Shown piece by piece: positions 1 to 9,520 of a stretch of 64,000 bases of DNA (positions are counted from its first letter, which is position 1; each line of letters begins with the position of its first letter). This stretch comes from Leptonemataceae bacterium (GTDB taxonomy: Bacteria > Spirochaetota > Leptospiria > Leptospirales > Leptonemataceae): NCBI GenBank assembly GCA_965227295.1, contig OZ245742.1, forward strand, positions 3,328,001 to 3,392,000, read 5' to 3'. The translations under genes were made by a program, and so were the position numbers. The notes under the pieces were generated by a model. It had not been told where the DNA came from, did not search any database, and was given only the letters and a program-made list of their open reading frames with translations.

Positions 1-1867
1 CGCTGACCTTCAGGTTCTCCGGAGCGAAGCGCCGGCGATCGTAGGTGATGGCCGGGATCAGGCTGCCGGCTTCCAGGCGCGGAAGATAGGGCAGGCCCTC
101 GTCCATCCGGGCGTTCACGGCCTGCACGTGTCCGTGTTCGTTCAGGAGGATTTCGACGAATTCGTTTCTTAAGTGATCTTTTGCGGCGGTTACGGCAACA
201 CTGCTCTCCCGCGGCGCGAGATAGAGCGAGTAACGTCCGTCGCGCAGTACGTTGTCGTCGCTGGCGGGGGCGATGTACAGTTTCGCCCGGTCGTCCGTCG
301 TGAGCAGGGTGTACGTGCGCAGGGCGTTCCCCTGTTCGTCGGTGACCAGGTAGTCCCGTTCGTCGTCGGGAAATTTCGTGACCGATAGGGTGATCACCGC
401 GCCGCCGGTTTGCCCGGAGAAGCCGTTGTCCGGATTGTCACGGTTGAATCGCGGCTCGGCCCGGGTAAACGAAAAGCTGTCGATGCGCTCGGCGTCCCCG
501 GGCAGGTCGCGTCCCGGGACGGCCCCGGCGCTGCGCCCCCGGGCCGCGGTTTCCAGTTGCGCCCTGGCCCGGGCGGTGAGGGCGTCCATGTTGTCGACGA
601 GTTTGCGGACGACCTGTTCCCGGGCCCGGGCCAGATACGGGGTGGCCATGCCGAAGTTCGTAGTGGAAAGCAAACGCAAACGTACTTCGAATAACTGTTT
701 GAGGGTTTGTGCTAAGCCGCCGGGCACGTTGCCGCCGTATAGGTTCTCGGCCAGTTCCTCCACGCGCCGGGAGGCGGTGAGGCGGGTCCAGTAGTCCTGG
801 GTGGTGGCCTTCTCCGCCCAGGAGGAGTAGCCGTTAAAGGAACCGTCCGCCGGGTCCTGTCCGAACGTGATCTCACCGGCCGGATCATGTTGGTTCAGGT
901 ACTCCGTGACCGTCGTGAACTCCACGTAATCGAGGCCCGCGAGTTCCTGCAGCAGTTGTTCCAGGCCGCCGGTATTCGGCAGCCACTTGAGATGCGAGGG
1001 TAGTTTATAACCGTACCAGTACTCGTCGTCGGCGTCGAAGTTCAGCGTAATCAACACATCGCGATCGATCTCGCCGGACAACTGCGCGCGACGCAGCGTG
1101 CGGACCCAACGTTTGAGGCTTACGTTTTCGATGAGGTCGCCGACGTTATAGGCCGGCATCACGATGATCTCTTCGCCGGTGTCCGGATGTTTGTAGAGCA
1201 GCGGGTTGTGCGCTTCTTCCAGGGTGAGTTCCCGTTCGAAGACACGAAACGTATCGAAGGTGATGGCGCTATAGTAGAAGATGAGCGCGTTCACGCCCAG
1301 TTGTTTGTAGAGATCGTACGTGCCCGGTGTGGCCATCATCTCCTGGGGCCGGGCGATGGGCGACCACTCACCGAAGACGTCCTGGTTCCCGCTCCGTGCC
1401 GGATTCGTAATGGCGCGTTCCATGGCGGCACGAAACTCCTCCTCGTTCATGGCGGACATGAGGCCGTTGTTGTACGACATGAGCACGATGTCGTCGCCGT
1501 TCTCTTTGACCCGCCGCCGGATGTCTTCGATGATGTCCGGCGCGTACTCCGGCAACGTCTCCTGTAACGAAAACAGATTCTCAATGTCCCAGTGCGCTTT
1601 GACCGGGGTGCCCTTTTCGTTGTGTTCGTCGAGCACCTCGATGATGCGCCGGATGATGCGAATGTCTTTGCCGAAGCCGGCCTCGTCGTTCGTATCGATG
1701 CGGTAGGAGTGATAGAGGTTCGTATGAAAACCGAAGGTAACGTAGACTTTGTGCGGGCTTTCCCCGCCGAGAGTTTTGATGCGCGGCACGAGTATGACCA
1801 GCAGCCAGTAGGCGATGAAGATGACGAACAGCGCTACGATCAACGCGCGCCAGAGCAGTGCTTTCAT
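1..1867 (-). CDS. Membrane-anchored GH57/GH38-N/polysaccharide-deacetylase-like barrel protein (3' end runs off the window; absent from the ORF track)
   Basis: Manual translation from ATG at 1867 gives MKALLWRALIVALFVIFIAYWLLVILVPRIK (TM anchor), then VYVTFGFHTNLYHSYR, AHWDIENLFS, MSYNN, RPQEM and ITLNFDADDEYW. The spacing resembles the HxHxP...E...D motifs of GH57/NodB-like barrels. No stop codon was found in the long stretch translated. Confidence 0.6.
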   Translation of the reverse strand, partial: MKALLWRALIVALFVIFIAYWLLVILVPRIKTLGGESPHKVYVTFGFHTNLYHSYRIDTNDEAGFGKDIRIIRRIIEVLDEHNEKGTPVKAHWDIENLFSLQETLPEYAPDIIEDIRRRVKENGDDIVLMSYNNGLMSAMNEEEFRAAMERAITNPARSGNQDVFGEWSPIARPQEMMATPGTYDLYKQLGVNALIFYYSAITFDTFRVFERELTLEEAHNPLLYKHPDTGEEIIVMPAYNVGDLIENVSLKRWVRTLRRAQLSGEIDRDVLITLNFDADDEYWYGYKLPSHLKWLPNTGGLEQLLQELAGLDYVEFTTVTEYLNQHDPAGEITFGQDPADGSFNGYSSWAEKATTQDYWTRLTASRRVEELAENLYGGNVPGGLAQTLKQLFEVRLRLLSTTNFGMATPYLARAREQVVRKLVDNMDALTARARAQLETAARGRSAGAVPGRDLPGDAERIDSFSFTRAEPRFNRDNPDNGFSGQTGGAVITLSVTKFPDDERDYLVTDEQGNALRTYTLLTTDDRAKLYIAPASDDNVLRDGRYSLYLAPRESSVAVTAAKDHLRNEFVEILLNEHGHVQAVNARMDEGLPYLPRLEAGSLIPAITYDRRRFAPENLKVS

Positions 1868-2008
1868 AAGTCCCCCTGAAAACGAAGGCAGAAATGGAAT
1901 GACGTGACTTTCTTTGCAAGAAGAAGATGAAGAACGAAGAAGTATTTATCCTCCTTGTCCGTCCCGAGTATTTCGTGACGTACGCCGTAATCCCTGCAAA
2001 ATGACCGC

Positions 2009-2425
2009 ATGCCCCACATCACGAAACTCGAAGTCAAACAGGCCTTCGCCGAATTTCCGGCCGAACTGCGCGAACGTCTTCTGGCCGTCCGTGATCTCAT
2101 CTACGAAATCGCCGCCGGGGACGAGGAGATCGGCAACGTCGAAGAAAGCCTCAAGTGGGGTCAGCCCAGTTATTCCGTAAAAACCGGTACCCCCGTGCGC
2201 CTGGGCGTGCACTCCGCCGAGCGCGGCGAATGCGCCCTGTATGTGCATTGCCAGACGAATCTCATTGCCGGCTTTCGCCGCAAATACGCATCGCGCAGCG
2301 GCGGTCGCACGCCCGTGGACTTCGACGGCAATCGGGCTGTAGTACTCCGTGGTAAGAAGTTACCCGTGCGAATCTTGCGAGAGTGCATCCGCGCGGCGCT
2401 GACCTACCGGCTTCAGTCCAGGTAA
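2009..2425 (+). CDS. DUF1801 (YdhG-like) domain protein
   Basis: RERLLAVRDLIYE...VEESLKWGQPSY...ALYVHCQTNLI...FDGNRAV, the typical DUF1801 pattern. Confidence 0.8.
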   Translation: MPHITKLEVKQAFAEFPAELRERLLAVRDLIYEIAAGDEEIGNVEESLKWGQPSYSVKTGTPVRLGVHSAERGECALYVHCQTNLIAGFRRKYASRSGGRTPVDFDGNRAVVLRGKKLPVRILRECIRAALTYRLQSR

Positions 2426-3726
2426 CCGAACCAGCGCGGAAGCAGCAGCGAAAGTTCCGGCACCAGCGCCGTAATGCCCAGGACCACGAGCATGGCGGCG
2501 AAGAGCGGCAACATGGGCCGCACCACACGTTCCAGCGGCACCCCGGCCGTGCTGCAACCGACGAAGAGGACGCTGCCCACCGGCGGCGTGCAGATGCCGA
2601 TCGATAGATTCAAAATCATCATAATCCCGAAGTGCACCGGGTCCACGCCCAGCTCCCGGACCACCGGTAAAAAGACCGGCGTAAAAATCAGCACGGCCGG
2701 CGTAATGTCCAAAAAAGCGCCGACGATGAGCAGGATCAGGTTCATCATCAGCAGGATGATGATCGGGTTGTCGCTCCAGGCCAGCAGGGCCGTGCTTAAG
2801 TTCTCGGGCAGGCGTTCGTAGGCCAGGGTCCACGCCAGCGCCGAGGAACAGGCGATTAACAACAACACAACAGAAGTTACGGCGGCGCTTTCGCGCAGCA
2901 ACTCCGGCAGTTCGCGCCAGGAAATTTCGCGATAGATCAGCACCGACAACACGAATGTATACACGACGGCGGCGGCGCTGGCCTCGGTGGCGGTGAACCA
3001 ACCGGCCACGATACCGCCGATGACCACCACGATCAAAAACATCGACGGGGCCGCGTTGGCGAAGGCGCGGAGGGCCTCACGCAGTTCCAGGTTTGCCGCG
3101 CGGCCGTAGCCCCGGCGTTTGGCCATCACGGCGGCGGTAAGAATCAAGGCCAGGGCGATGAGCAGACCCGGCAGGTAGCCGGCCAGAAACAGCGCCGCAA
3201 TGGAAACGCCGCCGCTGGCCAGGGAGTAGATGATCAGAATGTTCGAAGGCGGCACGATCAGTCCGGTGGTGCTTGAGGTAATGTTCACCGCGGCGGCGAA
3301 GGCCGGGTCGTAGCCCTCGCGTTTCATCATGGGCGTAAGCGCGCCGCCGATGGCGGCGGCCGCGGCAACGGCGGAGCCGGAGACCGCGCCAAAGAGCAGA
3401 CATGCCGTCACGTTCACCGCGGCGAGGCCGCCGGGCAGGCCGCCCACTAACACGCGGGCAAACGCGATTAAGCGCCGGGCAATGCCGCCGCGGTTCATCA
3501 ACTGGCCGGCCAGAATAAAAAACGGAATCGCGAGTAAAGCGAACGAGTCCAGGCCGGCGGCCATGCGCTGGGCCGTGCTCGTGAAGGCGATGTCCGCGGG
3601 CAAACTGAGCAGGAGCGCAGCCGTTGCGGCAATGCCGATGCTGTACGAGATCGGCGTACCGAGGATGAGCGGAACCCCGAAACACGCGAGAAAGACGAGC
3701 ATATGCAGTACGTTAAGTTCGATCAT
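2413..3726 (-). CDS. dctM: TRAP transporter large permease (DctM family)
   Basis: SFALLAIPFFILAGQLMNRGG, FGAVSGSA, IVPPS and CTPPVG motifs; many TM segments; start placed at MIELNVL. Confidence 0.93.
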   Translation of the reverse strand: MIELNVLHMLVFLACFGVPLILGTPISYSIGIAATAALLLSLPADIAFTSTAQRMAAGLDSFALLAIPFFILAGQLMNRGGIARRLIAFARVLVGGLPGGLAAVNVTACLLFGAVSGSAVAAAAAIGGALTPMMKREGYDPAFAAAVNITSSTTGLIVPPSNILIIYSLASGGVSIAALFLAGYLPGLLIALALILTAAVMAKRRGYGRAANLELREALRAFANAAPSMFLIVVVIGGIVAGWFTATEASAAAVVYTFVLSVLIYREISWRELPELLRESAAVTSVVLLLIACSSALAWTLAYERLPENLSTALLAWSDNPIIILLMMNLILLIVGAFLDITPAVLIFTPVFLPVVRELGVDPVHFGIMMILNLSIGICTPPVGSVLFVGCSTAGVPLERVVRPMLPLFAAMLVVLGITALVPELSLLLPRWFGYLD

Positions 3727-4189
3727 GGCTCTCGAAAAACAGGAAATACACGGCGTACACGAATACAAAACAACCGCTCACCGGCACCGCCAGGTAAACG
3801 TATCCCAACGGTAAGTTTAACGCGGCAGAGGTTTGCCGGAGTTCGAAGGCCGTGTAGCTTAAATAGCCGCCCCCGCCGATCAGCACGGACAGCGCGAAGG
3901 CGGCCGTCAGGACTTCCACGATCACTCGCAGTACGGCCCGGCCACGGGGGCCGAGACGATTCGGCAGCAGTCCCACCGCCAGATGGCGCCGGCGACCGCC
4001 GGCATAAGCGCCGCCGAGAAAACCGAGCCAGACGAGCAGATAACGCGCGAGTTCCTCGGTAAAAGACGAGGGGTCGCCGAGCACGAAGCGCGTAAAGACC
4101 TGCCACACAACATTCAGCACGCTCACCGCCATCAACAGGGCCGTGGCGCCGCCGAGAAAACCGTCGATGATGTTAAACAATCGCTGCAT
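3713..4189 (-). CDS. dctQ: TRAP transporter small permease (DctQ family)
   Basis: WQVFTRFVLGDPSSFTEELARYLLVWLGFLG...HLAV; four TM segments; lies between dctP and dctM. Confidence 0.92.
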   Translation of the reverse strand: MQRLFNIIDGFLGGATALLMAVSVLNVVWQVFTRFVLGDPSSFTEELARYLLVWLGFLGGAYAGGRRRHLAVGLLPNRLGPRGRAVLRVIVEVLTAAFALSVLIGGGGYLSYTAFELRQTSAALNLPLGYVYLAVPVSGCFVFVYAVYFLFFESHDRT

Positions 4190-4194
4190 GAAAG

Positions 4195-5175
4195 TTAGTG
4201 GGACTGCTGAATGCGCCGAAACCACGGCCCCAGCTCCGGATCCCGGGCGAACTCTTCGTGCATGGCGGACGTGCGTTTGCGAAAGGGAGCCGGGTCCGGC
4301 TCGTAGATGCGCACGCCGGCCCGGCGGACTTCCCGCAGGGCGTGTTGCGTCGCTTCCCGCCACAGTCGCTTTTGCAACTGCGCGGATTCGTCGGCGGCCT
4401 GCTGAAGCCAGACGCGTTCTTGTTCGTTCAAACGATGCCAGGTCGGCGTGCCGATCAGCAAAACGTCGGGTACCGCGCTGTGACGATTGAGGGCGTAGTG
4501 TTTGCAGACCTCGTAGTGCCCGGAAAGATAAAAGCTCGGCGGATTGTTTTCCGCCCCGTCCACGATGCCCTGCTGCAGCGCCGTATACAACTCGCCCCAG
4601 GCGATGGGAGTGGCCGATCCGCCCAGGCTGCGCACCAGTTGTAAAGCCACGGGGCTTTCCTGGACGCGAATCTTCAGGCCGCGCAGATCATCGGGGTGCA
4701 GGATCGGCGGCTTAGCTTTTTTTGTGTAAAAGCTACGCCAGCCGGAGTCGTAATAGCACAGACCGCGCAGACGATAACGTTCGCCGCGTCGCAGCAGTTC
4801 CCGGCCGATTTCGCCTTCCAATACGCCGAAACGATGGGCGTCATCGCGAAAGAGATACGGGAGCCCGAGGACCCGGTACTCCGGCACGAAACCCTCGAGG
4901 GCCGAGGAGGAGACCTTGGTCATGGCCAGGCTGCCCAACTGCAACAGCTCGAGGCTCTCACGTTGTGTGCCCAGTTGATTGCCCGGGTGCACGTCCACGC
5001 GCACGGTGCCGCCGGACAACTCAGCCAGGCGTTCCCCGAGATGCAACATGGCCCGGTGCACCGGGTGCGAAACATCCAGGCCGTGGCCGAGCTTGAGGAC
5101 TTTAACCTCGCGGACCTCTCCGCACGCGGTGAGCCAGAGAAGCGTGAGCAACACGAGGGCGCCGGCTTTCCGCAT
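4195..5175 (-). CDS. dctP: TRAP transporter substrate-binding lipoprotein (DctP family)
   Basis: Lipobox LTAC; LKLGH; DLRGLKIRVQES with the conserved carboxylate-binding Arg; GELYTALQQGIVDGAENN. Confidence 0.93.
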   Translation of the reverse strand: MRKAGALVLLTLLWLTACGEVREVKVLKLGHGLDVSHPVHRAMLHLGERLAELSGGTVRVDVHPGNQLGTQRESLELLQLGSLAMTKVSSSALEGFVPEYRVLGLPYLFRDDAHRFGVLEGEIGRELLRRGERYRLRGLCYYDSGWRSFYTKKAKPPILHPDDLRGLKIRVQESPVALQLVRSLGGSATPIAWGELYTALQQGIVDGAENNPPSFYLSGHYEVCKHYALNRHSAVPDVLLIGTPTWHRLNEQERVWLQQAADESAQLQKRLWREATQHALREVRRAGVRIYEPDPAPFRKRTSAMHEEFARDPELGPWFRRIQQSH

Positions 5176-5178
5176 GAT

Positions 5179-6948
5179 CTATGCTAACTCCATGCCGGCG
5201 TCGGTTAAGACGACTTCAATCATGCCGCCGCCGCCCGCGCCGGCGTAACAACCGCCGTAAATCAATCCGGCCTCTTCGAGTTCTTGAAAGAGTAGTTCGA
5301 CCTTCGGATTCGTCGTGCCCGGATCGATGCGTGTGCGCAGCCAGCGGTACTCGCTCAGGAGCGTTCCCAGTTGTTTCCAGTTACGCTCTTGCAGGGCCGT
5401 GACGATGTCGTCGTGCATGCGAATCGATGCGAGCATGGCCGCGCAGGGTTTCGCCTCGCCCAGGAAGAAGGCCGCGGCACGAACGTTCAGTCGGCTGAAC
5501 GCCCCGGTATCTTTCGGACGCGGCATGGTGTAAACATAAGCGAGGCGACGGCTCAGCTCAAGGGCGTCGACGCCGGTGAGCGCGCCGAGATCGCGGATAC
5601 GCAGTTCCGGGAGTTGCCGTCGGTTCGGCGGCAGGAGGCGGACCTCGTTCAGTCCACCCTTGAGCCCGAAGGCGTCCTGAAATCCGGAGCGACGGCCGAC
5701 CCAGTTTTCGAACAGACAGGCGATCCAGAATATATCCGGCTGATGTAAAAATTGATTCTGTCCGGAAATTGCATACAGGCAGTGCAGGCCGAGCAGGGCG
5801 ACGGCGCTGCTGGAAGAAAAACCGGCGCCCGTGGGGCCGGTGTTGAATGATTCAAAGGCCAGGCCCCGGAAGCCGCGGCTTCCCGCGAAGTCTCGCAGGT
5901 CCTGGAGCACGGGATGGTCTCCGTGTTGCGGCGGCCGCAGGCAGGTGTCGTCCGCCCGGTACGGATCACAGCGCACGATGCCGCTGAAACAGAGCAGGGC
6001 TTTGAGAAAATAGACCGGGTCCTCGTTGCCCTCCGTATCACGGTACTGCGGCGCAAAGACCTGGGCGGCGGTGATGTCTTTCCCGGGCACACAAAAGAAC
6101 GTGCGAACGAAGTCCGGGCCGGCGCTGCCCGGGTCCAGAGGAATCTCCCGTCGGTGTTCCCGGCCGTCAAAGACGGCGTGCATACGCAGCAGGGGTTCGT
6201 CGATGCCGCGGATGCGCAGGCGCACGTTGGGCGGGAACTGCTGCGTGTTAACATCATTGGATGTGGAGTTAAGATCGTAAAAATAATCCGGCGGTTCGTC
6301 CGGGCCGCCGCTCACGCCGCCGTCGTTGGGTCGGACCTCGTAGATGGTGAGGCGATCCAGGCCGATGCGCGCTTTCAGTTCGTTCAGGAGAAATTGATCG
6401 AATCTTCGCACTTGCGATGGTTGTTCGGACAGACTGCGTACGTTTGCGTTGAAATTCACGGCCACCCCGCCCGGTGCCTCCGCATCGCGGTTGATTGTCG
6501 CCGCCGCAAGGTTGTCCGAGGCGTTGCCGCTGTGCAGCGGGGCCCGCAACCCGGCCACCGCATAGAAGGAGTCGGCCTGCATGGCGGGCCGTGTTTGCCT
6601 GGAAGGCCGCATGATTTCGCGCATGACCTCGAAGAAGTACGCCGTCTCCCATTGCGCGGCCTGTTCTTCCAGTTCCCGTGAACGTTCCGGTGCATCTTCC
6701 GCACGATGCAGGGCCGCGAGAAGATAACACAGGCGTTCGCGCCACAGCGGCAGGAATTCGCGGCCGATCCGGGAAAGGAGCGGCTCTAACTCTGAATCAG
6801 TGCGTGTTAGTAGCTGTTCCAGTTCCCCAATGCATACCTGGCGATCAACCCTGGAATCATGTTCCAGGAACGGGGCGAGACTCCGCGAAAAACACTGCTC
6901 TCCGAGGAGCAACGCCGTGAGTTCCGCCGTCTCAGAACGATCGGGCAT
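5179..6948 (-). CDS. GHMP-family sugar kinase (HddA/fucokinase/glucuronokinase-like) with a long unassigned N-terminal region
   Basis: GHMP ATP loop GPTGAGFSSSSA, then ENWVGRRSGFQD and C-terminal GGCYAGAGGGG. Confidence 0.75.
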   Translation of the reverse strand: MPDRSETAELTALLLGEQCFSRSLAPFLEHDSRVDRQVCIGELEQLLTRTDSELEPLLSRIGREFLPLWRERLCYLLAALHRAEDAPERSRELEEQAAQWETAYFFEVMREIMRPSRQTRPAMQADSFYAVAGLRAPLHSGNASDNLAAATINRDAEAPGGVAVNFNANVRSLSEQPSQVRRFDQFLLNELKARIGLDRLTIYEVRPNDGGVSGGPDEPPDYFYDLNSTSNDVNTQQFPPNVRLRIRGIDEPLLRMHAVFDGREHRREIPLDPGSAGPDFVRTFFCVPGKDITAAQVFAPQYRDTEGNEDPVYFLKALLCFSGIVRCDPYRADDTCLRPPQHGDHPVLQDLRDFAGSRGFRGLAFESFNTGPTGAGFSSSSAVALLGLHCLYAISGQNQFLHQPDIFWIACLFENWVGRRSGFQDAFGLKGGLNEVRLLPPNRRQLPELRIRDLGALTGVDALELSRRLAYVYTMPRPKDTGAFSRLNVRAAAFFLGEAKPCAAMLASIRMHDDIVTALQERNWKQLGTLLSEYRWLRTRIDPGTTNPKVELLFQELEEAGLIYGGCYAGAGGGGMIEVVLTDAGMELA

Positions 6949-8251
6949 GTCTCCATCCCGTGGGGCGAGGGTTGACTTCCAGAATCACGAAGTCGATCCC
7001 GTGGTTGCCCTGGACCGGCTCGAGGTCTACGCCGGCCACCGCCAACTGTCCGGCCTGGCTTTCCGGGGCCGTGTTGATCGCCTGAAGCGCGGCCCTGGCG
7101 AGGTCCCGGCCGCGTTGCCTGGCGTCGTCGTTGAGCAGATGGCGAACGTCGTCTGCGTCCAGCCGGCGGATGCTCCCGCCGTTGGACGTAATCGAGCCCG
7201 GTGTGCCGATCATCCAGAAGCCGCTGCACTGGCCGTGCGGATCCACGTTCAACCGCAGCGTCAGGCGCCGACCGTCCGGGCGGATGCCGTCGCCGATCTC
7301 AGGGCGCACGATCCAGTCGCCGGCGGGGAGGCTCACTTCGCTTAAGTTATCTTTTTCGAGATCTAAGAGTCGGTGGTTCCGACCCTCCGTGCCGTACCGC
7401 GGTTGCAGCCGGAAAAGAGAGGACTCTCCGGCTTGCCGTAGTTGCTGTGGGGACGCGGGCCAGAGCCATGCCGGAGGCGCCGGGAGGCCGGCCCGGGCTA
7501 AGGTTTCGCCGGTACGTAGTTTGTCCTCGGCCAGGGCGGCGGCGGAGGCGGGCGCGCCGCTACGAAGTTCATACCCGTTCTCCTGACGAACGCCGGCCGC
7601 ACGCAGGACGGCGCTCCAGCGTGCGTGTTCTCTCGACTCGTTGCGACTCAGTGCCAGGAAACGTGCGCTCTGCGGCAGGAGCGGCGTTTGCAGGGGGATT
7701 TCGATCAGTTCTTCGAAGGACGGTCCGTAGAAGATGCCGCGTTCCAGGCGACCGTCGGCGCGGATCCATGATGTGAGCGCGGCTACGATACCGCAGTTCG
7801 AACGGCGGCGATGTTCAAGCTGCATGATCGGAAAGATTTCGTCGAGGAGGCCGGCGGTGTCGTCGGCGATGAGGACTAATATTTGGGACGTAGAACTCAG
7901 TCCGTCGATGCGGGCCGGCGGATCGGCCGGGGCCGGGACGATTTGCAGTTCCGGCGTGCCGGGCTCCGGTGCGGACCAGAGTTCGGACAGGGTCGTCTCC
8001 ACAATGCGCCGGCGGTACAGCGGATCGGCGTTTTCGCATTGCCGTTGCAGGGCGTCCGTGAGAAATGCTTCGGCGTATCCGAGATCGTCGCGGATGTCCT
8101 GCAACGGCAATGCGGCCGCCAGGTCCATGAGCTGAAGTTTGAGAACGACCGCCTGGTGTTCCTCGCGAAGATCCTCCACGGACGTGAGGCCCAGACGTTC
8201 GGCGGCCGCATCCGCGAAACTGAGGGCGTCCTGGGACGGAGGCGAGTTCAC
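6932..8251 (-). CDS. ATP-grasp domain protein
   Basis: EDKLRTGETLARAGLPAP, QPRYGTEGR, GVDL...FVILEVNPRP; overlaps the kinase start by 17 bp. Confidence 0.7.
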   Translation of the reverse strand: MNSPPSQDALSFADAAAERLGLTSVEDLREEHQAVVLKLQLMDLAAALPLQDIRDDLGYAEAFLTDALQRQCENADPLYRRRIVETTLSELWSAPEPGTPELQIVPAPADPPARIDGLSSTSQILVLIADDTAGLLDEIFPIMQLEHRRRSNCGIVAALTSWIRADGRLERGIFYGPSFEELIEIPLQTPLLPQSARFLALSRNESREHARWSAVLRAAGVRQENGYELRSGAPASAAALAEDKLRTGETLARAGLPAPPAWLWPASPQQLRQAGESSLFRLQPRYGTEGRNHRLLDLEKDNLSEVSLPAGDWIVRPEIGDGIRPDGRRLTLRLNVDPHGQCSGFWMIGTPGSITSNGGSIRRLDADDVRHLLNDDARQRGRDLARAALQAINTAPESQAGQLAVAGVDLEPVQGNHGIDFVILEVNPRPTGWRHARSF

Positions 8252-8362
8252 GAGGCGAAGCTGCTTTCGGGGAGCGCCGGTGTCAAGCAGGTGCGCCGGG
8301 GCGCAAAACTTTCTTGCGCGCTCTCACCGAACTGATACTTAGTTTTTCGTGAGGAATACTTA

Positions 8363-9520
8363 ATGAGCAATGTGACGAAAAAGTTTCTGGAATCGATGCA
8401 GTATGAGACCGATCCGCCCGCGGACGAAGCCGTCCGCGCGATCATGGCCGGCGGTGAAGGCGAAAAAATTCGCATCAACGAACTCTTCGATAAGCTCATT
8501 ACGACCCGCGATCCCCTGCCGGCCGGCCTGCCGCCCGCCGCGGAAAAGTTCTTCGAGGAATCCGTGCAGTTGCCGGATTGGGCCGATCCCGCGCTCATCA
8601 AACGCGGCGAAGAACTCTTCGGAACTTACGGACCACCCATTGTGCTCATGCTCTTCTGCCGTGCGCTGCCCTTCGGCTACGCCGCGCCGCGGGCCGCGGA
8701 GGTCATGGTAACGACCGGTCGCCTGGTAGAACACCAGCGCGGTAAGAATCGCCTGGATGCGCTGAACCGGCGCATCCTGGAAACGGCGCAATTCATTCTG
8801 AACGTTATGGCCCGGGGCGGTCTCGGCCCGGACGGCAGCGGCATTCGCACCACGCAAAAGGTGCGGCTCATCCACGCGTCCATTCGCTATTACATCAAAC
8901 AAAAGGGCGACTGGGACACCGAAGAGTACGGCGAGCCGGTAAATCAATTGCTGCTCGCGGCGACGTCGTTGTGTTTCTCCATCGTGAGCATCGACGGCCT
9001 GGCGAAGGTCGGTATCAAATTGGACGAGGACGAACAGCGGGCTTACCTGCACTGCTGGAACGTCGTCGGTCATGTCCTGGGAATCCGCGACGAGCTCGTG
9101 GCCCACGAACCCGCCGAAGCCCGGGAGCTTTTTGATCGCATCTTCGCCATTCAGCGCGGCGCTTCTCCGGCGGGGCGTGAACTTACGTCCTCGCTGGTGG
9201 ATTACATGAACTCGAAGTTCCCTTTCGATTTTATGAACACAATCCCGCCGTTTTTCATCAATAAACTGTGCGGCCACGACGTGGCGGAACTGCTCGGCGT
9301 GAAGTATCCCGACGACTGGGCCCTGAAACTGGTGCTCGCGGCCATGCGGGCGATCGATCCGGTGATCGATACCCTGGATCAGAACTCGGCTTTCTTTCGG
9401 AACCTTACGAACTTCATCAGCTTCCGCCTGTTGCAGGGTTTGATTCATTACTATAACGAGGAGAAGGAGATCGAGTTTGACATCCCGCCGTCTCTCAGGA
9501 AAGATTGGAACCTCGCGTGA
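8363..9520 (+). CDS. Oxygenase MpaB / DUF2236 (Lcp-like heme) family protein
   Basis: LPDWADPALIKRGEELF, RRILETAQF, KVRLIHASIR, YGEPVNQ, AYLHCWNVVGHVLGI. Confidence 0.85.
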   Translation: MSNVTKKFLESMQYETDPPADEAVRAIMAGGEGEKIRINELFDKLITTRDPLPAGLPPAAEKFFEESVQLPDWADPALIKRGEELFGTYGPPIVLMLFCRALPFGYAAPRAAEVMVTTGRLVEHQRGKNRLDALNRRILETAQFILNVMARGGLGPDGSGIRTTQKVRLIHASIRYYIKQKGDWDTEEYGEPVNQLLLAATSLCFSIVSIDGLAKVGIKLDEDEQRAYLHCWNVVGHVLGIRDELVAHEPAEARELFDRIFAIQRGASPAGRELTSSLVDYMNSKFPFDFMNTIPPFFINKLCGHDVAELLGVKYPDDWALKLVLAAMRAIDPVIDTLDQNSAFFRNLTNFISFRLLQGLIHYYNEEKEIEFDIPPSLRKDWNLA

